Part shown: piece after piece, positions 10,753-20,139 of the stretch
Layout: every line of letters starts with the position of its first letter
How positions within the stretch are numbered: position 1 is the stretch's first letter
Assembly (NCBI GenBank): GCA_018882735.1
Contig: VERH01000002.1
Coordinates: forward strand, 1,608 to 65,607
DNA length: 64,000 nucleotides
Source: Candidatus Nanopelagicaceae bacterium
GTDB lineage: Bacteria; Actinomycetota; Actinomycetes; Nanopelagicales; Nanopelagicaceae
Direction: 5' to 3'
Translations under genes and position numbers: made by a program
The notes under the pieces: generated by a model
Seen by the model: the letters and a program-made list of their open reading frames with translations, nothing else
The model's database searches: none
Told to the model about the DNA's origin: nothing

Positions 10753-10925
10753 TAGGGCTTGCTCCTTATATCTTCGATCGGTTCTCATCCCACGAGTGGG
10801 ACGCCATGTCGATGACAACCGAACTTTTCTTACGGGTACCGGTCAAGAGGTAGAGGGCCCTTGAACAGGGTCCTAATCCTGCCATGAGGCGGGAAAATCC
10901 CCAATTCGAGGGGCCTGTTTGAGGC

Positions 10926-12395
10926 TCAGCGCCCTTCTTCAATAGCTCGTTTGGCAGGATTTCCAGAACGAGATTTCTTCTTTGGTGGGATCTTGTTTGC
11001 AGCCGATCCGAGCGATGGCATACCAGCGGCCATCGCTGGTGGAAGACCCATTCCGCCCGTAGTTTTTAGACCTGGAACATTCCCGTTTCTCATCTGTTTC
11101 ATCATCTTCTGGGCGGCGCTAAATCTATCTACGAGGTTATTAACTTCGGTAACTGTTCTTCCGCTCCCCTTTGCAATTCGACTTCGACGAGAGCCATTGA
11201 GAATCTTTGGATCCTTACGTTCAGTTGGAGTCATCGATTGCACGATTGCTTGAGTGCGAATCAACTCATCATCATCTAGAGCATCGATCTGCTTGCGCAT
11301 TGCCGCGCTATTCGCTCCCGGCAACATGCCCAAGATTTTCGACATTGAACCCATCTTCTTCATTGCCTGAATCTGCTCGAGAAAATCCTCCAAAGTGAAT
11401 TCCTCACCAGCAACAAATTTCTCCTCTAGCCGCTTGGCAGTATCGCCATCAATTGCTTTCTTAGCTTGTTCCGCAAGGGTCGCGATATCTCCGAGCCCGA
11501 GGATTCTGGAAGCCATCCGATCGGGATAGAAGTAATCAAAGTCAGTGAGTTTCTCACCCGCTGATGCAAAGAGAATTGGTTTCTTCGTGGTCTCCGCTAT
11601 TGAGAGAGCAGCCCCACCCTTTGCATCGCCATCTAATTTTGTTAAGACGACTGCGTCAAAGCCAACGCCCTCTTCAAATGCTTTCGCGGTTCTAACTGCA
11701 TCTTGGCCGATCATGGCATCAACAACAAATAGAACTTCATCCGGTGAGACTGCGCCTTTGATCTCACTTGCCTGCTGCATCAACTCTTCGTCGATACCGA
11801 GGCGTCCGGCGGTATCAACAATTACGACGTTGAATAGCTTTGACTTGGCAAGTTCAATACCGCTTTTGGCAACTGAGACTGGATTGCCAGAACCATTTCC
11901 TGGCTCAGGAGCATGAATCGGCACTCCAATTGATTGAGCGAGCAGAGTTAGTTGGGTAACCGCATTTGGTCTCTGTAGATCAGCCGCAACAAGTAATGGG
12001 GTATTGCCTTGTTCTTTTAGAAAGAGCGCAAGCTTTCCAGCCAAAGTCGTCTTACCTGAACCTTGAAGTCCAGCCAACATGATTACCGTGGGTGGATTCT
12101 TTGCAAAGCGAATCCGACGAGCTGGCCCACCAAGAATTTCAACAAGTTCAGCGTTAACAATTGAATAAATTTCCTGAGATTGGTTTGTGCTCTTTCGGAT
12201 CTCAGGCAGCGCCTGCATTGAACGCTCTTTAATTCGAGCAACGAACTGATCAACTACCGAGAGCGCGACATCGCCATCTAGAAGCGCTAAGCGAATCTCC
12301 TCGGCCACCGAATCGATATCGCTCTCTGAGATCCTTCCTTTACCCCTTAGCGTTGCAAAGGCTGAGGAGAATTTCTCAGAGAGCGACTCGAACAC
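10926..12395 (-). CDS. ffh: signal recognition particle protein Ffh
   Basis: The 489-aa ORF has the NG domain motifs GLQGSGKTT, DTAGR and TKLDGD, and a Met-rich M domain (MKKMGSMSKILGMLPG). Confidence 0.97.
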   Translation of the reverse strand: MFESLSEKFSSAFATLRGKGRISESDIDSVAEEIRLALLDGDVALSVVDQFVARIKERSMQALPEIRKSTNQSQEIYSIVNAELVEILGGPARRIRFAKNPPTVIMLAGLQGSGKTTLAGKLALFLKEQGNTPLLVAADLQRPNAVTQLTLLAQSIGVPIHAPEPGNGSGNPVSVAKSGIELAKSKLFNVVIVDTAGRLGIDEELMQQASEIKGAVSPDEVLFVVDAMIGQDAVRTAKAFEEGVGFDAVVLTKLDGDAKGGAALSIAETTKKPILFASAGEKLTDFDYFYPDRMASRILGLGDIATLAEQAKKAIDGDTAKRLEEKFVAGEEFTLEDFLEQIQAMKKMGSMSKILGMLPGANSAAMRKQIDALDDDELIRTQAIVQSMTPTERKDPKILNGSRRSRIAKGSGRTVTEVNNLVDRFSAAQKMMKQMRNGNVPGLKTTGGMGLPPAMAAGMPSLGSAANKIPPKKKSRSGNPAKRAIEEGR

Positions 12396-12407
12396 GGCGC
12401 GAGCCTA

Positions 12408-12746
12408 CTAAATAGCAGCCTCTCCTGATTCGCCAGTCCTGACTCGAACAACATCATGAACCGGCGTAGTCCAAACCTTTCCATCGCCAATTGAGTTTGT
12501 GGAAGCTGTCTTCACAATCACATTGATGATGCCCTTCGCCTCTTTATCTTCAGCGAGGATTTCCAATCGCACTTTCGAAATCAAATCGATTGGGTACTCG
12601 GCGCCACGATAGACCTCAACATGGCCGCCTTGTCTTCCCATTCCAGAAACTTCTGAAACGGTCATGCCTTTAACTCCAGCAGCTCGAAGCGCATCCTTTA
12701 CTTCTTCGAATGCGCCCGGCTTGATTATTGCTGTAATCAATAACAT
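12408..12746 (-). CDS. glnK: nitrogen regulatory protein P-II (112 aa from the ATG at 12744-12746)
   Basis: The sequence MLLITAIIKP...GMGRQGGHVEVYRGAEY places Tyr51 at the canonical T-loop position. The ATG shares one base with the amtB TGA stop. Confidence 0.95.
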   Translation of the reverse strand: MLLITAIIKPGAFEEVKDALRAAGVKGMTVSEVSGMGRQGGHVEVYRGAEYPIDLISKVRLEILAEDKEAKGIINVIVKTASTNSIGDGKVWTTPVHDVVRVRTGESGEAAI

Positions 12747-14020
12747 CAACGTCCTCCCTTAAATACTCCGCCTAATTCATAGGCAGATTCAGCGTGATAG
12801 ACGAGATCCACTCCGGCAATTTCCTCTTCACGTTTAACGCGAATCCCGATTGTCTTATCGAGAATCTTTCCGAGCAGGAATGTCACTATGAAGCAGTAGC
12901 CAATCACTGCAGCACATGCAATCGCCTGTTTGATCAATTGATCAGTTCCTCCGCCATAGAGAAGTCCGTCAACTCCAGCTGGCGCCGCGCTCGATGCAAA
13001 GACACCGACAAGAAGTGAGCCGGCTAGCCCTGAGACTAAGTGGACACCAACAACATCGAGCGAATCGTCATAACCGAACTTGTACTTCAAACCAATCGCG
13101 TAAGCGGAGAGGATTGAGGAAATTGCTCCGACCAACATCGCTCCAACTGGAGTAACCGAGGAGCAAGCAGGTGTAATCGCTACAAGACCAGCAACGATTC
13201 CAGAGGCAGCGCCAAGAGTTGTGGAGTGGCCATCTCGAATTTTCTCAACCAATAGCCATGCAAGCATTCCTGCGCCAGTTGCAACAATGGTATTAAAGAA
13301 AGTAACGCTCGCTAGATAGTTTGAACCAACTGCTGAACCAGCATTAAATCCAAACCAGCCAAACCATAGAAGCGCAGCTCCTAACATGACCATCGTTAGG
13401 TTGTGAGGCTTAAATGGTTTTGAACCAAAGCCAACGCGCTTGCCGAGAACTAGTACAAGTGCCAGAGCAGCAACGCCTGCATTTATGTGTACAGCGGTAC
13501 CGCCAGCAAAATCAATCGCTGCTAAGTCGTTGGCAATCCAGCCACCTGGATCAGATTCGCCACCATCAAAGTCAAATACCCAGTGAGCAATCGGGAAGTA
13601 AACCAACGTGACCCATATTCCTGCGAATAGAACCCACGCACCAAATTTCATACGATCCGCAACAGCTCCAGAAATCAACGCAACCGTAATCACGGCGAAC
13701 ATTGCTTGAAAGGCTGCAAAGAGGATCGTTGGAATTCCGCCAAATAGCGCATCCTCACTCAGGAGCGCGGATAGCCCAATGAATTCCGTGGGATCGCCAA
13801 GTAAACCTGAACCTAAATCTTTTCCAAATGTCATTGAGTATCCGTAGATCACCCAAATCACCCCAACAACTCCCATTGATACAAAAGACATCATGATCAT
13901 ATTGAGAGCGCTTCGTGCGCGAACTTGTCCGCCGTAGAAGAGCGCCAAACCTGGTGTCATGAGAAGAACCAAGGCAGTGCTCACCAACATCCAAGCGGTA
14001 TCACCTGTATTGATAGCCAT
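12746..14020 (-). CDS. amtB: ammonium transporter
   Basis: The 424-aa polytopic ORF has the Amt motifs DFAGGTAVHINAG and GVHLVSG, and is immediately followed by glnK. Confidence 0.96.
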   Translation of the reverse strand: MAINTGDTAWMLVSTALVLLMTPGLALFYGGQVRARSALNMIMMSFVSMGVVGVIWVIYGYSMTFGKDLGSGLLGDPTEFIGLSALLSEDALFGGIPTILFAAFQAMFAVITVALISGAVADRMKFGAWVLFAGIWVTLVYFPIAHWVFDFDGGESDPGGWIANDLAAIDFAGGTAVHINAGVAALALVLVLGKRVGFGSKPFKPHNLTMVMLGAALLWFGWFGFNAGSAVGSNYLASVTFFNTIVATGAGMLAWLLVEKIRDGHSTTLGAASGIVAGLVAITPACSSVTPVGAMLVGAISSILSAYAIGLKYKFGYDDSLDVVGVHLVSGLAGSLLVGVFASSAAPAGVDGLLYGGGTDQLIKQAIACAAVIGYCFIVTFLLGKILDKTIGIRVKREEEIAGVDLVYHAESAYELGGVFKGGR

Positions 14021-14092
14021 CTATTCACTTCTCTATCTTGATTTGCCAATTCGACCCTGAACTAGCTGAGGGGTAAAGAATCTTCGCAATGT

Positions 14093-14131
14093 GTTACGGG
14101 GTCTCGTCCGACCAGGTTTCGCTCCGGTGAC
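14093..14131 (-). promoter_or_regulatory. candidate GlnR-type box upstream of amtB
   Basis: Read on the minus strand the site is GTCAC-cggagc-GAAAC-ctggtc-GGACG-agacccc-GTAAC. The first half (14116-14131) fits the actinobacterial GTnAC-n6-GaAAC consensus exactly and the second half is degenerate. It lies 96-111 nt upstream of the amtB start. Confidence 0.4.
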
Positions 14132-14147
14132 TAAATTAAGCCTGGCG

Positions 14148-14990
14148 TTACGGTTGTGTTAACAAGTTTGCTACGTAGGCCGAGGGCTCAAAAATCTCCA
14201 GGTCTGACTCCCCCTCCCCCGTTCCAATCAATTTAACAGGGACTTGCAGGGTCCGCTCCGTTGCCAGCGCTATCCCACCTTTAGTGGATCCATCAAGTTT
14301 GGTAACAATCAATCCAGTAAGGGCAACTGCTTCCATAAATGATTTTGCTTGAGTAATTCCATTTTGTCCGGTAGTTCCATCTAAAACAAATAGAACTTCA
14401 TCTATTGGGGTTACCTTTTCGACTACTCGACGGACTTTTGCAAGTTCCTCCATCAAGTTACTTTTTGTATGCAATCTTCCCGCTGTATCAATAATCAAAA
14501 TATCAAAGTGCTCTGAAGTAGCTTTGGTGGCAGCATCAAATGCAACAGATGCAGGATCACCATTGGGCTTGCCGACCACTACCGGCGTTCCGATTCGTTC
14601 ACCCCATGTACTTAGTTGTTCAACAGCAGCAGCTCTAAAGGTATCTGCGGCTGCCAATAAAACTTTCTTTCCCTCGTCCTTAAAGCGTCTGGCCATTTTG
14701 GCAACTGAGGTGGTCTTTCCAGTTCCATTGACTCCAACCACAAGGATTGTCGTGACTCTTTCAGGCCTTAATTCAACTAACCTTGCATGTTGTGAAAGCG
14801 AACTAAGAATTTTCTCAGTAACCTTCTCTTCTAAGACTTCAGCGCGCTCCTTCTCGACCAGTTTGATTATCTCTTCCGTGAACTCAGCACCGATATCCGA
14901 TTCGATTAAGACTCGACGAAATTCATCGATATCTTCCGGGGTTGCCTTATTCCTTGAAAATTTGGCAAAGAAGGAGCCGAATAAACCCAT
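14148..14990 (-). CDS. ftsY: signal recognition particle receptor FtsY (NG domain only)
   Basis: The 280-aa ORF has GVNGTGKTT, DTAGR and TKLDGS. It has no acidic A domain, only a short amphipathic N-terminus MGLFGSFFAKF. Confidence 0.95.
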   Translation of the reverse strand: MGLFGSFFAKFSRNKATPEDIDEFRRVLIESDIGAEFTEEIIKLVEKERAEVLEEKVTEKILSSLSQHARLVELRPERVTTILVVGVNGTGKTTSVAKMARRFKDEGKKVLLAAADTFRAAAVEQLSTWGERIGTPVVVGKPNGDPASVAFDAATKATSEHFDILIIDTAGRLHTKSNLMEELAKVRRVVEKVTPIDEVLFVLDGTTGQNGITQAKSFMEAVALTGLIVTKLDGSTKGGIALATERTLQVPVKLIGTGEGESDLEIFEPSAYVANLLTQP

Positions 14991-15003
14991 CTAATTAACC
15001 GAT

Positions 15004-18000
15004 CTAAACAGATTCGGTTTCAACTTCACGGAGTCTTTGTGAGATTACTTCTGAGACTCCATCGCCTCGCATTGTTACTCCATAGAGTGAGTCAGCAATC
15101 TCCATGGTTCGTTTCTGGTGCGTGATGATTATTAATTGCGACGCAGCGCGAAGTTCCTCAAGGACTGTAAGAAGGCGCCCAAGGTTTACATCATCTAGGG
15201 CGGCTTCAACCTCATCTAGAACATAGAAGGGACTTGGGCGCGCTTTAAAGATTGCAACTAAGAGTGCGACCGCCGTGAGGGAGCGTTCACCGCCTGAGAG
15301 AAGCGATAGCCGCTTTACTCGCTTGCCAGGCGGACGAGCTTCCACATCAACGCCAGAATTCAAGAGATCGCTTGGATCGGTAAGAATTAATCGGCCATCG
15401 CCACCAGGGAAAAGTCGCGCAAAAATCTTCTCAAATTCTCTTGCGGTATCACGATAAGCCTCTTCAAAGATTATTTGGACTCTCTCATCGACCTCTTTAA
15501 TAATATCTAGTAGATCTTTCTTTGACTTCTTCAAATCTTCTAGCTGTTCGGCAAGATACTTTAAGCGCTCTTCTAACGAGGAGTACTCCTCAAGCGCAAG
15601 TGGATTGATTTTGCCAAGTAGCGCAAGTGATTTTTCTGCGCCCGCTAACCGCTTCTCTTGTTGTTCGCGAACGAATGGGATGTACTCCCCTTGAGTAAGT
15701 TCGCCACTCTCAGTTTCAGTAAATGTCGGGACTTCTCGATCCGGTCCAAATTCGGCTATCAAGGTCTCCGAATCAACTCCAAACTCTTCCATCGCTTTTA
15801 GTTCGAGTTGTTCAATTCTCAACTTCTGTTCAGCGCGTGCGATTTCATCTCGGTGCACACTTGAGGTGAGTTGATCTAATTCGCTTGCGAGATCCCGTAC
15901 CTGGGCTCGGATATCAAGAATTTCACCATCCCGCGAAGTTCGTGATTGCTCAAGGCGAGATCTCTCATGTCCCGCTCTAGTTATCGAGTTCTCTATCTGA
16001 ATCAGAGCTTCATAAGCAGCATCGGCAACGGCTTGTGCAGTAATCGCACCCCGTGCACGCGCCTCCCGTCTGGAGATTTGTCGTGCGGCAGACTCGCGCT
16101 CAGTCATAGCGGCTTGCTCTAGTTCTGATGCTCGTTGCGAGATTGCAGCAACGCGCTCTTCTATCGTTCGCAATCCCAATCTCGCCTCAACTTCTACTGC
16201 ACGAGCCGTTGAAATCGAAGCGCGGAGATTTTCAAGCTGTGTGGTGTCTGGTTCGACTGGTTCTGCACTCGAGTTAAGCGCGCCCAAAGCGGTAGCGAGC
16301 TCGGCCTCATCACTCTTGAGAGAGCTAAGAACTTCTCCTATGGAGCTCTCTAGCCTCTCTATCTCGGAAACACCACTCTTAACGCCTTGTCCAGCAGCTG
16401 CCATCTGTTCGGCAAGTCCAGCCATGCGAGCATCAGATTCATTTAGTTTTGATAGCGCAGCATCGTAGTCAAGTTGAACTTGGCGAAGTGAATTCTCTTG
16501 CGCGGAAATCTCAAAACTCAATCGATCGCATTCATGACTTACCTTTGTTAAGTCAATCTCACTCTTTTCAATTAGTGCGCTTATCTCAATCAGCGAAGTT
16601 GCTTGGGAAGATCCACCACGAGCACGCCCTCGGCCAATCATGTCTCCATCTCTAGTTACCGCAACCAGCCCTGGATTAGCAGTAATGATTCGCTCTGCGT
16701 GATTTAAGGAATCTGCTGCGATGTACCCATCGAGAAGATTGGGGAGAACTGGCCCAAGAGTTGCTGAGGAAACTTTAGAAACTAGGGAGACCAGGTCACC
16801 GGGGTAAGTGGTGCTCTCTTGTGTTGAGTTAGAAACCATTAGAAGTTCAGCGCTACCGGCGCTCTCAGTCTTTAGGAATGTAATCGCAGAAATCGCGCTC
16901 GATGCGTCATTTACTACTAGCGCATCTGCGAGCGACCCTAGAGCAGCAGATACGGCGCTTTCCCAGCCTGCTTCAACAGAAATAAGGGATGCGACGCTTC
17001 CTCGAATCTGGATTCCGCGATTATTAGTAAGAAGAGCGCCGCTTCCATCTTTATGAAGCGTTGCTTGGCGAAGCGCATCGACCTTACTTTGGAGTGCGCT
17101 GCGATTTCGCTCCGCTTTATTTAACTCGGAATTTAGGGTTTCGAGTTTCTTTCGGTTATCTTCTAAAACTCGCTTTGCTCTCTCATAATCTGCATCTAGA
17201 CCCAATTCGCTCGCATCAAGCCCGGCAATCTCACTCTCAAGTGATGCAAACTCTCTTTTGGCGCCATCAACTCGCTCTTTAGCCTCATTGAGGAATCGCT
17301 CTAAGCGAGAAATCTCAGCTTTCGATCCGTCAATGGCTGATTGGAGACTCTTTATATGTCCCTCTTGGCGGGCCGTTCCCTCGCGGTGATCTGCGATGGA
17401 TCGGAGCGCAGCAGCAACTCTGTCTTCTTCATTCTTTAGACGCTCTTCTAACTCTCCAACGCTTTTGCTTGCAAGACTTAATTCATTTTGAGATCTTGTT
17501 AACTCACCGCGGAGAACGCTCTCTTCTTGCCTTAGCGAACGTGCTTCGGCATCCATGACTTCAGGATCTCTTCCGCTCGAGCGCGCCTCTTCAATCTCTT
17601 CAGTAAGAAAGCGTGCGCGTTCAGATGCGAGGTTCTGGGTTCCACGCAACTTCTCGCGTTCACCAACAAGCTTGTAGTAATTGTCTTGTGCTGCGCTAAG
17701 TAATGGACCTTCAATCGATGCGATTCGATCTAGCTCGACCTCACGATTTCGCAACTTATCTAAATCTTGTTCAACTTCGGATCTTCGCGCTCTCAAGGCG
17801 CTCTCGTCAGCAACTTCGGAATTTAATGTCGCTTTAAATGAAATTACATCATCGGCAAGTATTCGTAGCCTCGCATCCCGAACTTCAGCTTGGATGACTG
17901 CGGCCTTCTTTGCGACTTCTGCTTGTTTACCGAGCGGACGAAGTTGTCTTCGAAGTTCGTTTGTGAGGTCTTGAACGCGCGACATGTTGGTCTGCATAGA

Positions 18001-18546
18001 ATCCAATTTCCGCAACGCCTTCTCTTTACGTTTACGATGCTTAAGAATTCCAGCCGCTTCCTCAATGAAGCCACGACGTTCTTCTGGGTTCGCCATCAAG
18101 ATTGCATCAAGTTGACCTTGGCCCACGATTACATGCATCTCTCTACCGATACCGCTATCGCTCAGCAATTCTTGAATATCAAGGAGGCGGCAACTTTCAC
18201 CATTTATCTGGTAGTCGCTCTGACCATTTCGGAAGAGAATTCGCGAGATTGTTACTTCAGTAAAATCAATCGGGAGTGCGCCATCGGTGTTATCGATTGT
18301 GACTGCGACTTCAGCGCGTCCTAGTGGAGCGCGACCAGAAGTGCCGGCAAAGATGACATCTTCCATCTTTCCGCCTCGAAGGCTCTTTGCGCCTTGCTCT
18401 CCCATAACCCAGGTCAGAGCATCAAGAACATTGCTCTTGCCCGAACCATTTGGTCCGACGATGCAGGTGATTCCTGGTTCAAATCGGAGGGTGGTCGGGG
18501 CCGCAAAGGACTTGAAGCCCTTTAGGGTCATACTCTTTAAATACAC
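15004..18546 (-). CDS. smc: chromosome segregation protein SMC
   Basis: The 1180-aa ORF has the Walker A motif GPNGSGKSN, long coiled coils, a central hinge, the C-terminal signature LSGGE, and the Walker B motif FYVLDEVEAALD. Confidence 0.97.
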   Translation of the reverse strand: MYLKSMTLKGFKSFAAPTTLRFEPGITCIVGPNGSGKSNVLDALTWVMGEQGAKSLRGGKMEDVIFAGTSGRAPLGRAEVAVTIDNTDGALPIDFTEVTISRILFRNGQSDYQINGESCRLLDIQELLSDSGIGREMHVIVGQGQLDAILMANPEERRGFIEEAAGILKHRKRKEKALRKLDSMQTNMSRVQDLTNELRRQLRPLGKQAEVAKKAAVIQAEVRDARLRILADDVISFKATLNSEVADESALRARRSEVEQDLDKLRNREVELDRIASIEGPLLSAAQDNYYKLVGEREKLRGTQNLASERARFLTEEIEEARSSGRDPEVMDAEARSLRQEESVLRGELTRSQNELSLASKSVGELEERLKNEEDRVAAALRSIADHREGTARQEGHIKSLQSAIDGSKAEISRLERFLNEAKERVDGAKREFASLESEIAGLDASELGLDADYERAKRVLEDNRKKLETLNSELNKAERNRSALQSKVDALRQATLHKDGSGALLTNNRGIQIRGSVASLISVEAGWESAVSAALGSLADALVVNDASSAISAITFLKTESAGSAELLMVSNSTQESTTYPGDLVSLVSKVSSATLGPVLPNLLDGYIAADSLNHAERIITANPGLVAVTRDGDMIGRGRARGGSSQATSLIEISALIEKSEIDLTKVSHECDRLSFEISAQENSLRQVQLDYDAALSKLNESDARMAGLAEQMAAAGQGVKSGVSEIERLESSIGEVLSSLKSDEAELATALGALNSSAEPVEPDTTQLENLRASISTARAVEVEARLGLRTIEERVAAISQRASELEQAAMTERESAARQISRREARARGAITAQAVADAAYEALIQIENSITRAGHERSRLEQSRTSRDGEILDIRAQVRDLASELDQLTSSVHRDEIARAEQKLRIEQLELKAMEEFGVDSETLIAEFGPDREVPTFTETESGELTQGEYIPFVREQQEKRLAGAEKSLALLGKINPLALEEYSSLEERLKYLAEQLEDLKKSKKDLLDIIKEVDERVQIIFEEAYRDTAREFEKIFARLFPGGDGRLILTDPSDLLNSGVDVEARPPGKRVKRLSLLSGGERSLTAVALLVAIFKARPSPFYVLDEVEAALDDVNLGRLLTVLEELRAASQLIIITHQKRTMEIADSLYGVTMRGDGVSEVISQRLREVETESV

Positions 18547-18584
18547 GGGTAGAACTTAGCGAAAAGCCTCCGCCGAACCGGTAA

Positions 18585-19457
18585 TTACCCCCGTTTTTTA
18601 GCCGGCTTTCTAGATTTTCTCGCGCGTTGGCAGACTGGACAGAAATGAGAGGAGCGATTTGCAAAATTTATCCTTCGAATCAACGCACCACATCGACGAC
18701 AGGGTTCATCCTCTCGACCATAGGCACGTAGTGAAACCTCAAAATAGCCACTCTCGCCATTCACATTTATATACAGGTCATCAAAACTTGTTCCACCTTG
18801 CTTCAGCGCACTTTTCATGACCTTCTTCACTGCGCGCAATATCTCAGCTAACTCGCTCTCTGAGAGACTTGAGCTCAATCTTTCTGGATGAACTTTTGCG
18901 TACCAGAGCGCTTCGTCCGCATAAATATTGCCTACTCCACTCATGATCTCTTGATTTAGAAGCGCCTTCTTAATCTCAATCTTTCTTCGCTTTATCTCGC
19001 CTATCACTCTCGCCTTATCAAATTCCTCAGAAAAAATATCCGGAGCAATATGCGCACAGCATTCCGGAAGATACTTTTCGTCCTGCTTTCTTAACGGTTC
19101 TGCGGACATCCAACCAAAGGTACGTTGATCTATGAAACGCAGTTCTAGCTTTTTATCTCCAAAATCAATCCTGATTCGTGTATGTCTCTCAAGTTCGGAA
19201 TTTTTCGGAACTATCAGCATTTGACCGCTCATTCCTAAGTGTCCTACGAGCGCTAATTCTCTATCTAGGACAAACCAGAGAAACTTTCCCCGCCTTGCAA
19301 CATCTGTTATTCGAGCGCCTTCCACGCTCTTGAGAGAAATTGTGGATCCACTTCTGGTCGCACGTGGGTGAAGAATCTCAAGACGTTTTATACGTTTACC
19401 CGTTACGTAAAGGGCAAGTCCCCGTCGAACCGTTTCGACTTCGGGTAATTCCGGCAT
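18585..19457 (-). CDS. mutM: formamidopyrimidine-DNA glycosylase
   Basis: The 290-aa ORF has the N-terminal MPELPEVE and a C-terminal zinc finger CRRCG...CPVCQ. Confidence 0.95.
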   Translation of the reverse strand: MPELPEVETVRRGLALYVTGKRIKRLEILHPRATRSGSTISLKSVEGARITDVARRGKFLWFVLDRELALVGHLGMSGQMLIVPKNSELERHTRIRIDFGDKKLELRFIDQRTFGWMSAEPLRKQDEKYLPECCAHIAPDIFSEEFDKARVIGEIKRRKIEIKKALLNQEIMSGVGNIYADEALWYAKVHPERLSSSLSESELAEILRAVKKVMKSALKQGGTSFDDLYINVNGESGYFEVSLRAYGREDEPCRRCGALIRRINFANRSSHFCPVCQRARKSRKPAKKRG

Positions 19458-19459
19458 GG

Positions 19460-20137
19460 CTAAAGTTTCTTAGTTATTTCCTCATAAGCAAGTCGAGCTG
19501 CTACCTGTTCGGCCTCGCGCTTACTCTTTCCATGTCCTTCTGGATAAGAGATTCCATTAACGAGCGCACTTGCAACGAAATCTTTGTCGTGGTCAGGGCC
19601 GGACTCGGTCACTCGGTACTCAGGGGCAGGCCAGCCAGATGCGGCGACGATCTCTTGAAGTGCTGTTTTCCCATCAAGGCCCGCGCCACGCGATGATGCC
19701 TCTTCAATCAAGTTAGACATTAGACGGAGGAGTACTTCCTTAGTCTTAGCAAAACCATGATCCAAATAGATTGCTCCCACTAACGCCTCAAAGGCGTCAG
19801 CGAGAATTGAGTTCTTATCTCTGCCACCAGTTACCTCTTCGCCTTTGCCGATGCGCAGAGCTGTTCCAAGACCTAAGTCGCGACCAATCGTTGCCAGCGC
19901 CCGCATATTCACAACTCCGGAGCGAAGCGGTGACAATCTTGATTCATCTAGATCAGGAAAGCGCTCATAGAGCGCTTCGGTGACGACTAAGCCAAGAACG
20001 CTGTCGCCTAAGAATTCAAGACGTTCATTTGTGGGCAAGCCACCAGATTCATATGCGAAAGAGCGATGAGTAAGAGCGAGCTCAAGAAGTTGTGGACTTA
20101 CCGAAATTCCGAGCTTTTCGGTTAGCGCCCGAGACAG
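19460..20137 (-). CDS. rnc: ribonuclease III (start codon uncertain; see findings)
   Basis: It has the signature NERLEFLGDSVLG and a C-terminal dsRBD (GPDHDKDF...GKSKREAEQVAA). The conserved LELALTHRSFAYESGG segment lies upstream of the first canonical start (TTG at 20036-20038). I therefore tentatively extend the gene to the CTG at 20135-20137. Confidence 0.85.
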   Translation of the reverse strand: MSRALTEKLGISVSPQLLELALTHRSFAYESGGLPTNERLEFLGDSVLGLVVTEALYERFPDLDESRLSPLRSGVVNMRALATIGRDLGLGTALRIGKGEEVTGGRDKNSILADAFEALVGAIYLDHGFAKTKEVLLRLMSNLIEEASSRGAGLDGKTALQEIVAASGWPAPEYRVTESGPDHDKDFVASALVNGISYPEGHGKSKREAEQVAARLAYEEITKKL

Positions 20138-20139
20138 AA

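Noticed and set aside
10753-10818. N-terminal extensions of the track ORFs for rpsP, and likewise for leuC (to 34879), phoH (to 41051), holA (to 49013), rsmD (to 22563) and hrcA (to 44231).
   Set aside because: The extended parts are not conserved-looking, overlap upstream genes, or bypass an internal start with a good Shine-Dalgarno sequence that matches the known protein N-terminus.
10766-10885. A 39-codon ORF (MAGLGPCSRALYLL...) in the rpsP leader whose TAA overlaps the rpsP Shine-Dalgarno sequence.
   Set aside because: It has no convincing ribosome-binding site of its own (the nearest G-run is about 12 nt upstream) and its sequence is not peptide-leader-like. It could only be rescued by conservation evidence.
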